DNA from: the human T2T-CHM13v2.0 reference genome, Homo sapiens
Assembly (NCBI RefSeq): GCF_009914755.1
Contig: NC_060925.1
Length of the DNA: 64,000 nt
Direction: 5' to 3' (one strand)
This document shows, piece after piece, positions 1 to 14,904 of this stretch. Each line of letters begins with the position of its first letter. Within the stretch, counting starts at the first letter, position 1. The notes below the pieces were generated by a model. It did no database searches. It saw only the letters and a program-made list of their open reading frames with translations, and was not told where the DNA came from. A program made the position numbers and the translations under genes.

Positions 1-281
1 TCAGATTTCTTTCCTTATGTCAAAACCTCCACTTTCACTATGCTTCTCACCGAGACCCTGTGGATTCTTATACAGAACCTATGCTCCTACAACACCTGGC
101 ATAATATTTTAAGAATGAAAGCATTAAAGTTTAATGATTTTTTTTTTTACTTTTTAATGCTTTCCCAAAAAATTTAGATGACTTAAAACATTTACAGTAA
201 AATAGTGATAAAACAAAGTGAGGTCACTGAAACCAGAAATATGTGACTAGAAACAGAAAACAAAAATAGAAAATTCATAAC

Positions 282-284
<3 letters not shown>

Positions 285-325
<41 letters not shown>

Positions 326-326
326 G
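285..326. repeat. (TA)n microsatellite
   Basis: Directly visible TA run with a few TG interruptions. Confidence 0.95.
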
Positions 327-1739
327 TAGGCACACACAAATTGTAAGGGTTATGTGATTGTTGTGGTTGAGCTTCAAAAAAACTATCTACCTACCTACCA
401 TTCAGCTTCCTTGCAGCCAAAATTAAAAAAAAAAAAAATGCATGTATGACTTTTTTTTTAAATATTCTAATTATCAGTTTTAAAAGGAGGAGAAAAGGAA
501 TCCCTATAGATCCTCTGGTGGTTGGAATTTTATATACGGAGCAGGGACAGGAGAAACGATCATTGTCTTCAAAAATAGCACTAGAATAAACACAGCTTCA
601 GATATGATTCTAATCTCATGACCCCTGTGATAAATGTCAAAGGATTTGAGGAATATCAACATAAAATTAGGGGAACCAATTCTATTGTAAATACTGAAGA
701 CACTAGCCAGTCCACCTTTGCTTCAAAGTAGAAGCATGAAGAATACCTCAGTTCTGAATACCTCTACATTGTTACATTACTCCTGCTTGATATATTATTT
801 TGAGATGGAAAAGAAGGTCTAATGCTCTCTCTGTCTTCATGGTCAAACCATTCATTCTGCAATAATGTCCAGATTTGGGTAATATAATCATCCAGGAGTG
901 CTCTGAAATGAAATTATAGGACTGGACTGGATTGGAGTTTCAGTGCAGACTTCAGAAGAAGTGGCTCTGCACTGAAAATTACTTGCTGCCCTTTGCAATG
1001 GTGGCAGTTAAATAACTCAACAAGAGGTCCCTCGGAGAAAATCAATACACACCAAATTGCAAAAATGTGGATGCAATTTGTGGGGAAAGTGGATTTGATG
1101 TGAGTCTGTGTTGGCTGCCAGCATGAAGTCACTCTCAAGGTGGATTAAATCCTGTTGCAGCTCTTCCTTCCAAGTGCTGGGCTGGTCTCTTCCTTGTCCT
1201 GCAGATCCCATTGACTTTTCAGCTCAACCCTGCTCCAGGCTGTGGGATCAATTAGGCCCTGGAGGGAGCCCTGTTGTGGCTTCAGCCATACTTGACCATA
1301 GGCATCACACCCTCCCAGTTCATAAGGGAGAGCCCACGCTGTGAAGTAGTAGGGATTATTTTCCTTGTGTTTTGCCTTAGGTCTTGGCTCTAAGAACAGG
1401 AGTCCTGTCGTGTTCCTCGTTTAGAGTCTCTGGCTTGGTAATCTGCCCACCAGTCTCTACGAGAAGGCTCTGCTTGCCCTTGCTCTCCTACTAGTGCCAT
1501 GTGCTGGTGGAATCAGCCTTTGAAAAGCGTAAATGAGATAACATGTCTCTCTTCTGAAACTTCGCAAAGGCCTCTCATTGTATTTAGAGGATACCTTGGA
1601 CTCTGTAAGGCCTTGTGTGACCTGGATCCTCACTGTGCTGCAAAATCATGTTACAAAAACTCTTTTCATTCAGGCTTTACAGAGTCTTCTTAATTTCTGT
1701 AATAATCCCAGATGCTGCCACAGGTATTTGCATCAACTG

Positions 1740-2125
1740 TGTTCTCTGCCTGAAATGCTCATCCCCAAGCCTCTTGCATAGCTAGCTCCTTTATATCCTC
1801 AGGCTTCATCTTAAGGGCATCTCCTAAGCCAAGACTTTCCTGACCACCTTTTCTAAAGTAGCACTCCTCCCTCATAATTTCTGCCACTGCATTAATTTCC
1901 TAACCTCTTGAGGTTAAATACAATTATTGAGCTACAATAATTGTATTTAATTGTGGCCGCATTTATTGTCTATCTTTCCTACAACAATATAAATAACATG
2001 AGGGCAGGGAACATATCTACTTTTTCACAGCTGTATTCCCAGTGCCTAGCATTGTATCTAGGACATAACAAGTGAAAAATATATTTTTGTAGAATGAATG
2101 AATGAATCATGAACTAATGAATGAT
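1740..2125 (+). mobile_element. L2 LINE 3' end fragment
   Basis: ctgtattcccagtgcctagc...aggacataacaagtg followed by a (GAAT)n tail, typical of an L2 3' end; boundaries approximate. Confidence 0.7.
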
Positions 2126-2224
2126 TTAGTACCCCGCAGCTACCTACCTTGTTGCCTGAAGTTACCATTTGTAGAATCTATTGTCTTAATAGGATTCTAC
2201 TGTTACATTTTGTTGGACATTCTT

Positions 2225-2511
2225 TTTTTTTTTTTTTTTTGGAGACTGTGTCTTGCTCTGTCGCCAGACTGGACTGCTGTGGCGTGATCTTAGTTCACTG
2301 AAACTCCCTGGTTCAAGCAATTCTCCTGCCTCAGCCTCCTGAGTAGCTGGGATTACAGGCACGCGCCACCACGCCTGGCTAATTTTTGTATTTTAGTAGA
2401 GACAGAGTTTCACTATGTTGGCCAGGATGGTCTCGATCTCCTGACCTCGTGATCCACCCGCCTCAGCCTCCCAAAGTGCTGGGATTACAGGCATGAGCCA
2501 CTGTGCCCAGC
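2225..2511 (-). mobile_element. Alu (AluSc-like)
   Basis: Poly-T then Alu reverse complement; TSD ttgttggacattctt at 2210-2224 and 2512-2526. Confidence 0.93.
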
Positions 2512-3744
2512 TTGTTGGACATTCTTGATAACACTCAGCCATAGTGCTACCCATTGTCTACATCAATGTTTTTTCAAGCTTTTCAGGGTGCAGTGGAGCC
2601 CTTTTATTAATTTAAAATGCAATCTTATGATGAAATCCAAAAGATAAAACTGATGAAAATGGGTATGCTCTGCTTGACTTGGGAATGAAAGGACTCAAGC
2701 TTCCCTTTGCTCCCCTTAGATACTTCTGAAAAACTTGAAGTCCTGGAGGCATGGCTTGGAAACCTGTAGCAGCAGTTGCTTTATCCACTCTGTGGTTTGC
2801 CTTCCCGGCTAGATTTCTGTTTGCAAACAGCTAGGCCTGTCCTCCTTTGATCAGCAAACATTAGCTCCACAGTAGATTGTGGTCTGACTTCAACTTCTCC
2901 TGCGATGTTCCAGCACTGCCATTAATTGATCCATGTCCCACTAAATCACAAAATATATCACACAGACCCTGGCTTGGAACAGTTGGTCTCTGAACTTGAT
3001 GTCAAGCCAGTGACAAATCCCTCAACTGATCCATGACAAACTTTGTGAGTCAGCTAGTGCCAAAAAAGCAGGACAGATTTCTGTAAAAGGATTTTGACAG
3101 ATGGGATCATTCGAATCAGTGTTATTGTCTTAAAATGTGTCTGATGCACCCACAGTGATGCTTCTGAGGACCTTGACAAAATCTGAAGTTGAAATTGTAC
3201 TGAAAAAGCATATGCTCAGCAGATTCTTAATGTCAGCAAAGTCTCTCTTAATTATTGCTCTGGTTCCCAACAAAAAGAGGCCCACTTAGTCAACCTGCCT
3301 GAGGCAGTATCTCAATAAACCAATAAACCTAATACACGTCCTAGAGGTCTTGGAGTGCTGACATCCAGAAAAAAAAAAATTGAGTGAATTTGAAGTCCTT
3401 CCTACTTACTCTTAAAACCTGGTGGTAACCGGTCCATGAGACAAGGAAAAAAAAAAAAAAAAAAGATTGAGCCCTGTCTTCCTCTCCAAACTCCTTTCCT
3501 GCACTGCTTACCTCTCCCTTTCTGCTGCCGCAGCCCCACTCCCACCCCCGCCAGCCTATTACATTGTTCTATCCCTCCATGCTTCTGTTCCCATGGTTCC
3601 CATAGTTTGGAATGTAGAGACCCAGATCATGTCCCAAAGCATGGGGAATTGTGCCATGTCAGGCCTGGCACCAGATGCTGGGGATGCAGAGGTGAACAAC
3701 AGAGAGCCCTGCCCTTGGCAAGTGGGTAGTGTGGTCTGGAGTTC

Positions 3745-3978
3745 TAAGTATCAAATTCCTATCAGATTTTAAAGACCTAGTATGAAAAAAATGAGAATAT
3801 AAAAAAGCTAAGCAATAATTTTTTAATTCTATGTTGAAATGATGTCAGATAGACTGTGTTAGATAAAATACGTCATTCAAATTAACTTTACTTGTTTCTT
3901 TTTACTTTTTAAATGTGGCTACTAGAGATTGTATAATTATACATGTGAGTCACATTATATTTTTACTGGACAGAGCTG
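3745..3978. mobile_element. MER33 hAT-Charlie DNA transposon fragment
   Basis: cttgtttctttttacttttt-aaatgtggctactaga...tatatttttactggacagagctg matches the recalled MER33 terminus. Confidence 0.7.
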
Positions 3979-3987
3979 CTCTAGTAG

Positions 3988-4375
3988 ACTGGTTCCCAAA
4001 CCTGCCTGGTCATGTGAACCACCTTGGGAGCTTTTCCAAAAGAGAGATTCCAGGTCTCCATTCTCTGGAAATTCTGAATTATTAGGTTCTTATGAGGCTT
4101 CAGAGTCTATTTTTGCAATGCTCTTCAGGTTATCCAACGGCTATGATCACCCCAGGTTGAGAAACAGTCCACATATTACCTTGGGCTTTTCTCTATTGCA
4201 GTGATACCAACATTCACTGTATATCAAAATCGCCTGGATAGTTTTGTTTTGTTTTGTTTTAAGTTAGCTTTCCATCTTCAAGATTTGGATTCAATTTTAG
4301 GGAAAGAGCCCAGACTTTTTTTTCAAAAAAGCTCCTAGGTGATTCTTAAGTGCAGCCTGGGATAGAAAACCTTGC
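3988..4375. mobile_element. Two MER5-type hAT fragments
   Basis: ggttcccaaacc...ccaggttgagaaac and ctaggtgattcttaagtgcagcc motifs. Confidence 0.55.
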
Positions 4376-4500
4376 TTTACCCCAGTGCTTATCATATGCA
4401 TTTTGGTTTCCATGAAGAGGTACTTCTCTTCTTCATTAGACTGTAAGTTCTTTGAAGGCATCTGCTTTGTCACCAAATCTCTTCTTCCTATCAATAGTGG

Positions 4501-4896
4501 TGTCTCAGTCTGTTTTGTGTTGCTATAAAGGAGCATCTGAGGCTGAGTAATTTATAAAGAGAAGAGTTTATTTGGCTCACAATTCTGCTGGCTGGAAGAC
4601 CGGGCATGTGCTGATGGCCTCTGGCTGCTTCCATTCGTGGTGGAGGGTGAACAGAAGCTGGAGTGTGCAGAGATCACGTGGTGGGAGAGAAGGCTAGGGG
4701 GGCATGCCAGGCTTTTTTTAACAACCAGCTCTCATTGGAACTAAGAGTGAGAACTCACTCACCTTAAGGGAGGGCATTAATCTATCCATGAGATATCCAC
4801 CCCAGTGACCTAAACACCTCCCACTGGCCCCACCTGCAACACTGGGATCAAATTTCAACATGAGGTTTGGAGGGTTCAAATGGTCAAACCATAGCA
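4501..4896 (-). mobile_element. MSTB-type MaLR solo LTR
   Basis: TG...CA ends, tgttgctataaagg and atcaaatttcaacatgag motifs; TSD agtgg/agtga. Confidence 0.85.
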
Positions 4897-6924
4897 AGTG
4901 ACCTAAGGCTTATGGCTGAAAGAAGAGATCACACTTCACTCCTCATAGTTTGACATTTTTTTAATGTTTTCCTGGCTTAGACTGGCTCCTGTTTCTACCT
5001 CTGGCTTTTACTGTGTTTATTCTTTGGCCCATGTACTTTTCCTGAGCAGCTAGCATTCTTAGCTTCCTGCCAGAGGGCACAGAAGAACTATTGGACACAG
5101 TTGAGGAGACTCAAGTTCCTCATCACATCCTGTAAGGCCTTCTACTTCTGGGATTGGGCCCTACCTCCCTCCCTGGCTCCATTTCCTGCAAAACAAAAAA
5201 CTCCCTGGAATTTTGACCAGCAGCAGGAAGAGTGCTCTCTCGGTTTATCATGATTGCTATCCACACCAACCCCTTTTACTCTGAAGGTTGAAGAAATGCA
5301 AGCTTTAGACAAGAAAGAGCTGGAGATGGACGCTTGGAGCTGCATTTATCTTCAGCTACCTTCTCTACCTTGAGCCCAAGTCCTATTACTCAGCACATGA
5401 GAACAGAGAGCAGGGTCCTCTGCCCTCCAGCCAGTTGTCAGAAGATCTATGTTTCAGGCCCATTGCTGCCATGGATGGCGTTAGGAGTTGAACTTCCCCT
5501 GTCTGTCCTCACTTTACTCATCTATAATATGAGGAGGGCAGAGCAGCAAACAAAAGTTCTATATTCATTACCATTAAGACAATGAGATTCTTTTGAGCCC
5601 ACTCACCCCCCCTACAACTCTCCAACCCTCCAGTCACAAAGACCTAAGGAGCATCTGCCATGTGCAGGCAATGAGTTGCATGCTTGGGATACAGCAGGGA
5701 ACAAGGGGCAAAATGCTAAGAACTTGCTTCAAAATTGCAGCCTTAGCATTTCAATTGTGATGCCTTCCTTCCTTTGAGAACCTTGCACACCTCCCTTCTC
5801 TTACGTTGCTCCCTCAGCTCTCAGATAAGCTGTTCTCAAATATTCAGGGGATGCTTCAGTTTTCTTAGGAAGCAGTGGGAAGAATCAATATCAGCTCAGC
5901 CAGTACAGACCAAGTATGTCTAATTAATGACCAGAATGCTGATTGTCTTCAAAAAATATTGTAGAATGAACATTTCATCACCCCATTGTTGCCTTGGGTG
6001 ATTACATGAATTGGGAAAACAAACAAATGAATAAAAATTACTGCTTTAAAATAACACAATCTAAAATAGGAGGGGAGTATGTTTTTCTGGATTTGAAGTA
6101 CGGGATTCAATTGTAATACTGAAAGAATAAACTTGCTGATTCAAGCACTTATTTTATAAAGACTATTTCCTGCTACCATTCAAAGCTGTGGCAAAAATAA
6201 TAATATATGATTTCAAATTACTTTGAGTCACTGCATGTGTAACTGACAAGGAAGTGAGAAAGTGGGTATCTTTTGTTATCTAAAAAATTACCTTTCTTCT
6301 ATAAATTCTCTGAGAATCCAGAGGACAGAATGCTGAGCTGAATAATTCTGATTGGGACAGAAACCTTTGAGCTACTTTGTAAAATTACTCGCTTTATTTT
6401 TTTCTGCCAAAGGGGGAAATCTACTTCTGAATGAATGAGTGGGTAATTGAAAATATGATAGGATTACAGAAGACAATAAAAATAAATGTAATTTAAAAAG
6501 GCCAAAGATCATCTCCAACTTGTACATAAATAATGAAGCTACGTCAGGTGAGTAATGAGAGGAAAGTCTTTCTTCTTTACAGCAAACTTGGGCACACTGA
6601 CAAGGTAGTCCAGAGCTTATAGTGATGGGGAAAAGTACTGCTGACATAAACCCAAACAGATGAGGGCCAGGCCTAATTAGTTTTCCAGCATGAAGATGAA
6701 TTAGTGAGGCTGTCCCTTAATAAACAGATGCCACATTTTGGTGGCCGTGCAAAACCAGGAGGCCCAAAGTGTTGACAAGAATAAGTGGAATGTACATGTC
6801 CTAGAGAGGGATTAGCACACTTATTGAATATCTACTATGGGCCAAGCTCTGGCCCACGATTTTTTAAAATTGTGGTATTACTTCCATCTACTCTTCTAAA
6901 CGCAGATTTAATGTTTGCCATTTT

Positions 6925-8182
<1,258 letters not shown>

Positions 8183-9469
8183 AATAAAAACTTTAAAAAT
8201 TCCTATTCTGTGGAAACTGAGGCTCAAAGAGGTTTAAACATATCTTTCTTCATAGTGCCAGTATAACAAAGGAGGCTTTCTGAGACCCACATCTAGGTTT
8301 GTAGGGCCTGATAAAACACCCTTCTCCCCTCAACAATGCTTTTGTTTATGAGATATGTACTTAATTTTTGAATATAAGCAGTTTTATCAGGGAAAGAAGA
8401 TGTAACAAAATGGGTTTTGGGAAGACAAGATGAGGTGATATTTGGGTCTATGTTTGCTTTGGGCCTTAGAAAAAAAACAAGGTAATGAACATTTGTTGAC
8501 CCCAAAATTGGTATTAGATACTATTTCAGATATTCCTAACAACCATAGTCTTACTAATTCTTGCCAACATGCTAACAGCACCAGTAGTCATTGTTAGATA
8601 CTGCTATTTTCTGGCCTTAGAGAAATAAAGTCACTTTCCTAAGGTTGCACAGCTCCTAAGGGGCAGAAATGGTTTTAAACCGCAGGGGGCTGTGCAAGAG
8701 TGAACATGTGGAGATGGATCAGAGGACATCCTAGGGTGGGGGAGGGTGTGTGCAAGGCACAGATGAATGGAAGTGTCCAGAGCATATTTGGGAAATATTC
8801 CCATTTTACTAATGAGTTAACTATGATCCAAGAAGGTAGGATCACTTGCCCAAATAGAAAAATGTATGTGATTAAATAAGATAATTTCTGAGAAAGTGCC
8901 CAAGGCAGCAGCTAGCTCTCTGGGAGTATAATAAATGTTACACTTTTATTCATAAGTGTTGTTTATCTTCCTCCTGAAACCACTCAGTACACAGCCAGAA
9001 CCAGGGCTTAAATCCAAGTTAAACCCAAAAGGAAATTCTTTTTGGACTGCATGGTGTGGATGGGTTTGGTTTATTCTGAGATTGTGCTGAGGAGCCTGTT
9101 ACCAGGCCTGGCAGTGGGCCACACCCCCTAGGGTCAAGATGTGAGGAAAGGAGACTTAGAAGGGTTGGAGGGGTAGGAATTAAGGGAAGGAAGCGAGCAT
9201 GGTTGAAAGCATAAGGTCTATACTAGATGGACCAAGACAGTGAAAATGAGGGCATTCCAAGCAGAGGGAACAGCACAGACCAAGAGTTCAATAGAGCTTA
9301 ATGTATAAACAAAGGAGGTGCAGGGAGAGGCTGGAAAACTACATGGGAGTCAGGCCAGAGACCTTGGCTTTATCCAGGGTTAATGGCAACCATTAAGCAG
9401 TTCCTTAAGCAAGGCAAGCTAAGGATGCTCAGTTTTTCATTCTGAACAGTCATAGGGTAAATATTCCTG

Positions 9470-9974
9470 TTCACAGTATTCAGCCTCCAAGATGGCCCAA
9501 ATGATGCCTGCTGCTGCTAGTATTCATATTCTCATGTAATTCTCTCCCACAATGTATCAGGGTTGGTCTGTGTGACAATAGAATGTGGCAGAAGAGATGA
9601 TATGTCACTTCTGAGATTAGGTTATAAAAAGCCCTGCAGCTTCCATGTCTGTCTGTGTCTCTCCCACTCTCAGATCACTTGCTCTGGGGGGAAGCCAGCT
9701 GCCATGTTCTTGAGCAGTCTATGGAGAGGTTACTGTGAAGAGGAACTAGAGCCTCCTGCCAACAATTCTGGGAGTGAGCTTGGAGGCATATCCTTTAGCC
9801 TGGTCAAGCTTTTGGGTGACTGTAGCCCCAGCTAACATGCAAACCAAGAGATCCTAAAACAGAACCACCCAGCTAAGCTGCTCCTGGACTCCTGACCCTC
9901 AGGAATCGTGTGAAATAATAAAGGATTGTTGTTAAGTTTCACGGTTTTCTACCTAGGAATAGATAATTAATACA
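9470..9974 (+). mobile_element. MLT1F-type MaLR LTR
   Basis: cctccaagatggccc...gagattaggttataaaa...cccagctaagctgctcc...aatagataattaataca. Confidence 0.75.
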
Positions 9975-10576
9975 CTGTTGAAGGGCAGATTCAGGCAGAT
10001 GAAATGGTTTAGGCAGAACCACATAGCTTAGTAAATGTCAGGCCCTGGTTTTGCTCTTCAGTCTGTCTGACTTCAAACCCACTCCTTCCCCTATGTCATG
10101 CTGTTTCTGCAATTTTCCTGAGTGATATACCAGAGATCAAGTTCTAAGCACAATCATGTCCATCCGACTCATTAGTAATTTCTTAGGTTCCTGCTAGGGA
10201 CTGAGCTATGCAGCAAGTGGTTACCCTTGTCATATCTTAGATAAATTAAACATTGTACCTGCCCTCATTTTTTTATTAGACAAATGGGCATATAAAAAAC
10301 AAACTGTAATAAAAGCTGATAATGTAAAATAGAGTAAAAACACAAAGTCCTAAGAAAATAATGAGAAAGTAGTAATTGACTCTGTCGGTAAAAGACTTAG
10401 AGAAGATTCCATGGGGAAGGTAAATTTGGACCTGGGCCAAGCAGAAAAGGATTTGAGTAGAAGGAATGGCATTGCCGAGCAGAGAAAACCACAGGAGCAA
10501 AGAAATAGTACTACAAAACTACTAAGCATATTTAGGAAATTGTTAATGCTTTTTATTGCATTAAAAAGAACATATA

Positions 10577-10882
10577 GCCAGGTGTGGTGGCACACACCTA
10601 TAATGACAGCACTTTGGGAGGCCACAGCCAGAGGATTGATTGCTTGAGGCCAGGAGTTCAAAACCAGCCTGGGCAACATAGCAAGACCCCATCTCTACAA
10701 AAAAAATTAAAAATTAGCCGGGCATGGTGGCATGGACCTGTAGTCCTAGCTATTCAGGAGGCTGAGGTGGGAGGATCATCTGAGGTAGAAGCCAGAGTCT
10801 GGGGCTACAGTGAGCTCTGATCATACCACTACACTCTGGCCTGGGCAACAGAGCAAGACTTCATCTCTAAAAATAAAATAAA
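10577..10882 (+). mobile_element. AluJ
   Basis: Diverged Alu with gggcaacatagcaagaccc; TSD-like aaaagaacatata/aaaagaacaaata. Confidence 0.9.
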
Positions 10883-11239
10883 AAGAACAAATATGTACAC
10901 TTACAGAACTGGAAGGATCCAACCAATGCATGAGAATATGCATTTATGTCTGACATAAACACTCAGATTTGTGTGTGGCTAGTCACTGGCCGTAAGAATC
11001 AGATTAGCAATTCAACATTTTAATTCCTATGGCATCCTATTTTCATAATAGAACTGTAGGTGCTTTGCTAGTCACTTTCATACACATTATTTTATTTAGC
11101 TTGTGTAATTTGTTAATCCCTACTTCATAGATAAGAAGATTAAAGGCTAACAGAAATTAAGTAATTTGCAAGGAGTTTCCCTATAGTAACGACTGGGTTG
11201 TGTTGTCTAAGGCCTCTGTACTTTCTGATACATACTTTG

Positions 11240-12165
11240 TCCTTCTAGATTATTGCAGTCACTTCCTAATTAGCCTCCCACTTTCATCCCACACTCTGTT
11301 CCCACATAGTGGCCAGAGTGGTCCTTATAAAACATATGGCAGATGACTTCATGCCTGATATGGTTTGGATGTGTGTTCAACCAAATCTCATCTTGAATTG
11401 TAGTTCCCATAATCCCCATGTGTCATGGGAGGGACCCAGTGGGGGGTAATAGAATCATGGCAGTGGTTACCCCCATGCTGCTATTCTCATTGATAGTGAG
11501 TGAGTTCTCACAAGACCTGATGATTTCAAAAGGGGCTTTTCCCTCTTTGCTAGGCACTTTTCCTTCCTGCCATCATGTGAAGAAGGATGTGTTTGCTTCC
11601 CTTTCCACCCGTGATTGTAAGTTCCCTGAGGCCTCCCCCGCCATGCGGAACTGTGAGTCAATTAAACCTCTTTCATTTATAAATTACCCAGCCTTGGACA
11701 GTTCTCTACAGCAGTGTGGGAATGGACTAATACAATGCCTCTCCTCAAATCTCCCAAGGTACTCTCTTAGAATGAAACCCAAATCACCTCCCATGGCCCA
11801 CAGGGCCCTGTGTGACCTGACTCCTGGCTACCTCTCTGATCCCATTCCTGGCTTTTTGTTTCCTCAGCCTCTAGGCTTGAACTGCACTGGCCTAGAATGT
11901 TTTCTTCCAGGTGTCCACATGACTGTCATTCTACATTCATGTCTTCTTAAATGACAACTCATTGGAAGGCCTTCCCTGACTACCCAATCTAATACAGATC
12001 ACTGACCCAAGCCCCAGCACTCCAGTTCTTTTCTATCCTCCTAGTCTGCCTTATTTTTCTCTACCACACTATCTACCTCCCACAATATTCTTTTATTCCT
12101 TTACTAGTTTTATAATCTGTGAGCTCAATCAGGGCAGTAGGCTTTGTCTGCATTGTTCACTGCTA
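11240..12165 (+). mobile_element. L2 fragment interrupted by a THE1 LTR
   Basis: L2-like sequence on both sides of the THE1; boundaries approximate. Confidence 0.6.
11356..11734 (+). mobile_element. THE1D-like MaLR solo LTR
   Basis: tgatatggtttgg...ggactaataca; perfect 5-bp TSD ATGCC (11351-55, 11735-39). Confidence 0.92.
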
Positions 12166-12167
12166 TT

Positions 12168-12281
12168 TAGGATGACTGATTTGTCGCAGTTTTCCTAGGG
12201 CTTTCTGGTCTTAGTACTAGAAGTTCCATGTGCTGGGAACTTCCCTCAGTCCTGGACAAACCAGAACAGTTGGTCAACCTA
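12168..12281. mobile_element. MER81 hAT-Blackjack MITE
   Basis: TIR-like ends taggatgac...ggtcaaccta; 114 bp; degenerate 8-bp TSD. Confidence 0.7.
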
Positions 12282-12819
12282 TTGCTCTTCCCCCTTCAAA
12301 TGTTGGGCTCAAGGCCCTGGTTCCTGGGTGACCCAGCCTGTCACACTATCATGTATGATACCCACTGAAGACAGAACAAGTAATGATAATAAGTCATCTA
12401 GTTACTTTCTCTGGAAACTTTCTTCAAGCCTTCCTTCCAATCAAAATTCATAGCTTCTTCCCCTTGGCTCCCACCTCATGTTATTAATACCTTCGTTTTA
12501 CTAATAGTTTGCATTCTGGTTCATTCTACTTGTCTGTCAGACATCCACTAGGACTGTACACTCCTGGAAGACAGGTGCTCCACTTTTGTGCCCCTCAAAT
12601 ACTTTGTACATTATGGATGCTCAATAAATTTTTATTGAAATGAATATTTGTATAAACCTAGAGGAATACTCCAGAATAAAGATTTCATAATAAAGTCATT
12701 GTTCTCCACAAATAAAAATTACTCCTAAGAGTCCAGCTGGCAGAGGAGATGTGTTTCCAGGAGTGCTGTGGATGCTTCAGCATGAAAGGAATGAATAAAG
12801 CTAAGAGCTGAGCAGAGGG

Positions 12820-12821
<2 letters not shown>

Positions 12822-12860
<39 letters not shown>

Positions 12861-12870
12861 CGTGTGCATG
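12822..12870. repeat. (TG)n(CG)n compound microsatellite
   Basis: Directly visible. Confidence 0.95.
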
Positions 12871-13161
12871 TTTGTAGAAGTTGGGGGACAGATAATGGGG
12901 AGAGAAGAGAAGGCAATCAGCCCAAGAAGCAGAAGTAGAGACACAGATGAGCAAAACAGTCATGGAAACAAAGAAAGATTGAATAAACAATTCAACACAA
13001 GTCCTAAGGCTCCTGGTTAAGGTGTCTGTTAAAGCATTGTGTATAAAACTAGCCACCTAAAAAAATATCTAAAAGGAGAACATGTCTTAACATAGCAAGG
13101 TCTTTATCACATATTTTAAGTAGAGAAAAGCAGGCAGTAAAATATAATATGCAGTGTGATT

Positions 13162-13365
13162 TTGGCATCATGGTTAAGACCACAGGCTCTGAAGCCTGAC
13201 CATTTGAATCCCAGCTCAACCACTTGCTAACTGTTTGATCTTAGGCAAAGCACTTACTTTTTGAGCCTTAGTTTTTTCATCTGTAAAATGAGGATAATAA
13301 TAGTATCCCCTTTACAGAACAGTTTGAGAATTAAGTGACTTGATACATGTGCAAATGCTTCATAT
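13162..13365 (+). mobile_element. MIR SINE
   Basis: ggttaagaccacaggctctg...catctgtaaaatgaggataataatag core. Confidence 0.8.
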
Positions 13366-13406
13366 TGTTACAGTATTATCACCATATGGGCCTATTAGGG
13401 AGAAGA

Positions 13407-13601
13407 CAGTCACGCACTGCATAATGTTTTCAGCCAGTGACAGACTGCACATAAAACGGTGCAGTCATTAAGGCGTAGGTGTGAAGTGGGCTACACCATC
13501 TAGGTTTGTACAACTACAGTCTATAATGTTTACACAATGATGAAATCACCTAAGAACCCATTTCTCAGAGCATATCCCTGTCATTAAGCAATGCATGACT
13601 G
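13407..13601. mobile_element. Tigger3a/MER7-type DNA transposon, internally deleted
   Basis: TIRs cagtcacgc...gcatgactg followed by TA; ccatctaggtttgt motif. Confidence 0.75.
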
Positions 13602-14424
13602 TATATATGTGTGTATATATATGCACATGGGCAGAATACAGAATGTAAGGATGTTAATAGTGATGGGAGATTATGGGTAATTAAAATTTTCTCCTTTAGG
13701 CTTACCTGCAGGTTCAAATTTTTTCTATTTAAAGCATATTAATCGTATTTTTTTTAATGAAAACAAAACACAAAAAAGGAACTGAGATGGGTATCAGGAT
13801 TTGGAGTACAAAGCTAGGAAATGAAAAAACCAGAAGTGAGACCAAGAGAAAAATAACGAAAGAAGGCAAGGGGGAGAGAGAGCAGTCAAGGCCAAGACCC
13901 CAGGCAGCCAGTTATCTATGACTGGCTTCTCTGCTTACAATGAGATGGGTGACCACAGCTGAAAGGCATAGACAACAGTTACCCAACTGAAGTACTATCT
14001 TAAGAACATTAAGCATGTGTATTGGGTGAACTGGCTCAACAATTTTTTATAATCTGGGTTAATTTTTTTAAGTTTCTTTCTTTAAAAGAGTACCTAAAAT
14101 TTAAAGCTTCTTTTAATTTGAATCTCTTTAGAACTACTAAATTGAGATATTTAATTCTTCTAAAGGAAATCCTTTTAAAACTGCAGCTTGGCTTAATTTA
14201 GTAATTTCACTTATGGAATAAAGGATCAGTTGCAGAACTTATTTTCTGCTAAGATAGTAGGTACTGAGAACTTTAAGCAAAGTTGACAGCTGATGTTACC
14301 AAACCACAGTGGTCTCACTTCATTCGAGTCTCTTCAGAAGAACCCCAGAGACAGGCAGTTGACTGAAACTATTGTGAACGTATTTACTTTTTAACAAACA
14401 AATATGCACATAAAAATATAAGGA

Positions 14425-14650
14425 AATAAATGCAATGTGGTATCCTGGTTTGGATTCTGGAACAGAAAAAGGACATGAGTGGAAAACTGGTGAAATCCAA
14501 ATAACGTCTATAGTTTATTTTGAACAAATGCATCATGGTTATGTAAGAAGTCAATATTAGGAGAAACTGAGTGACGAGTACATGGGAATTCTCTGTACTA
14601 TCTTTATGATGTTTCTGTGAATCTACAATTATCCAAAATTGAAAGTTTAT
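14425..14650 (+). mobile_element. Old L1ME/L1MC 3' end fragment
   Basis: aaatgcaatgtggtatcctgg...gggaattctctgtactatct. Confidence 0.7.
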
Positions 14651-14904
14651 TCTGTTGTCCCAACAAGCAGATCAATCCTTGTTCTTCCAGTATAGTGGCT
14701 GGCACATAAAAGACACTATTGAGTGAATGAATAAATGAGTGATAGAAACAACTTTTTATCTATCTGTTCACAATCATGTAATGCAAAATTATCTCCTTCT
14801 TCTTATATCATTGCCTATTATCTGTGTCTATAATAGGTTATTTATAAATATCTTTCTCTGTCTGTCTGCATCCTCAACCAGACTGTGAGCTTATAGGATA
14901 TTTA

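Noticed and set aside
914-1344. Overlapping short ORFs as an exon or processed pseudogene
   Set aside because: No recognisable homology, poly-A or TSD
11418-11954. 178-aa ORF
   Set aside because: Runs through the THE1 LTR and L2; no recognisable protein similarity
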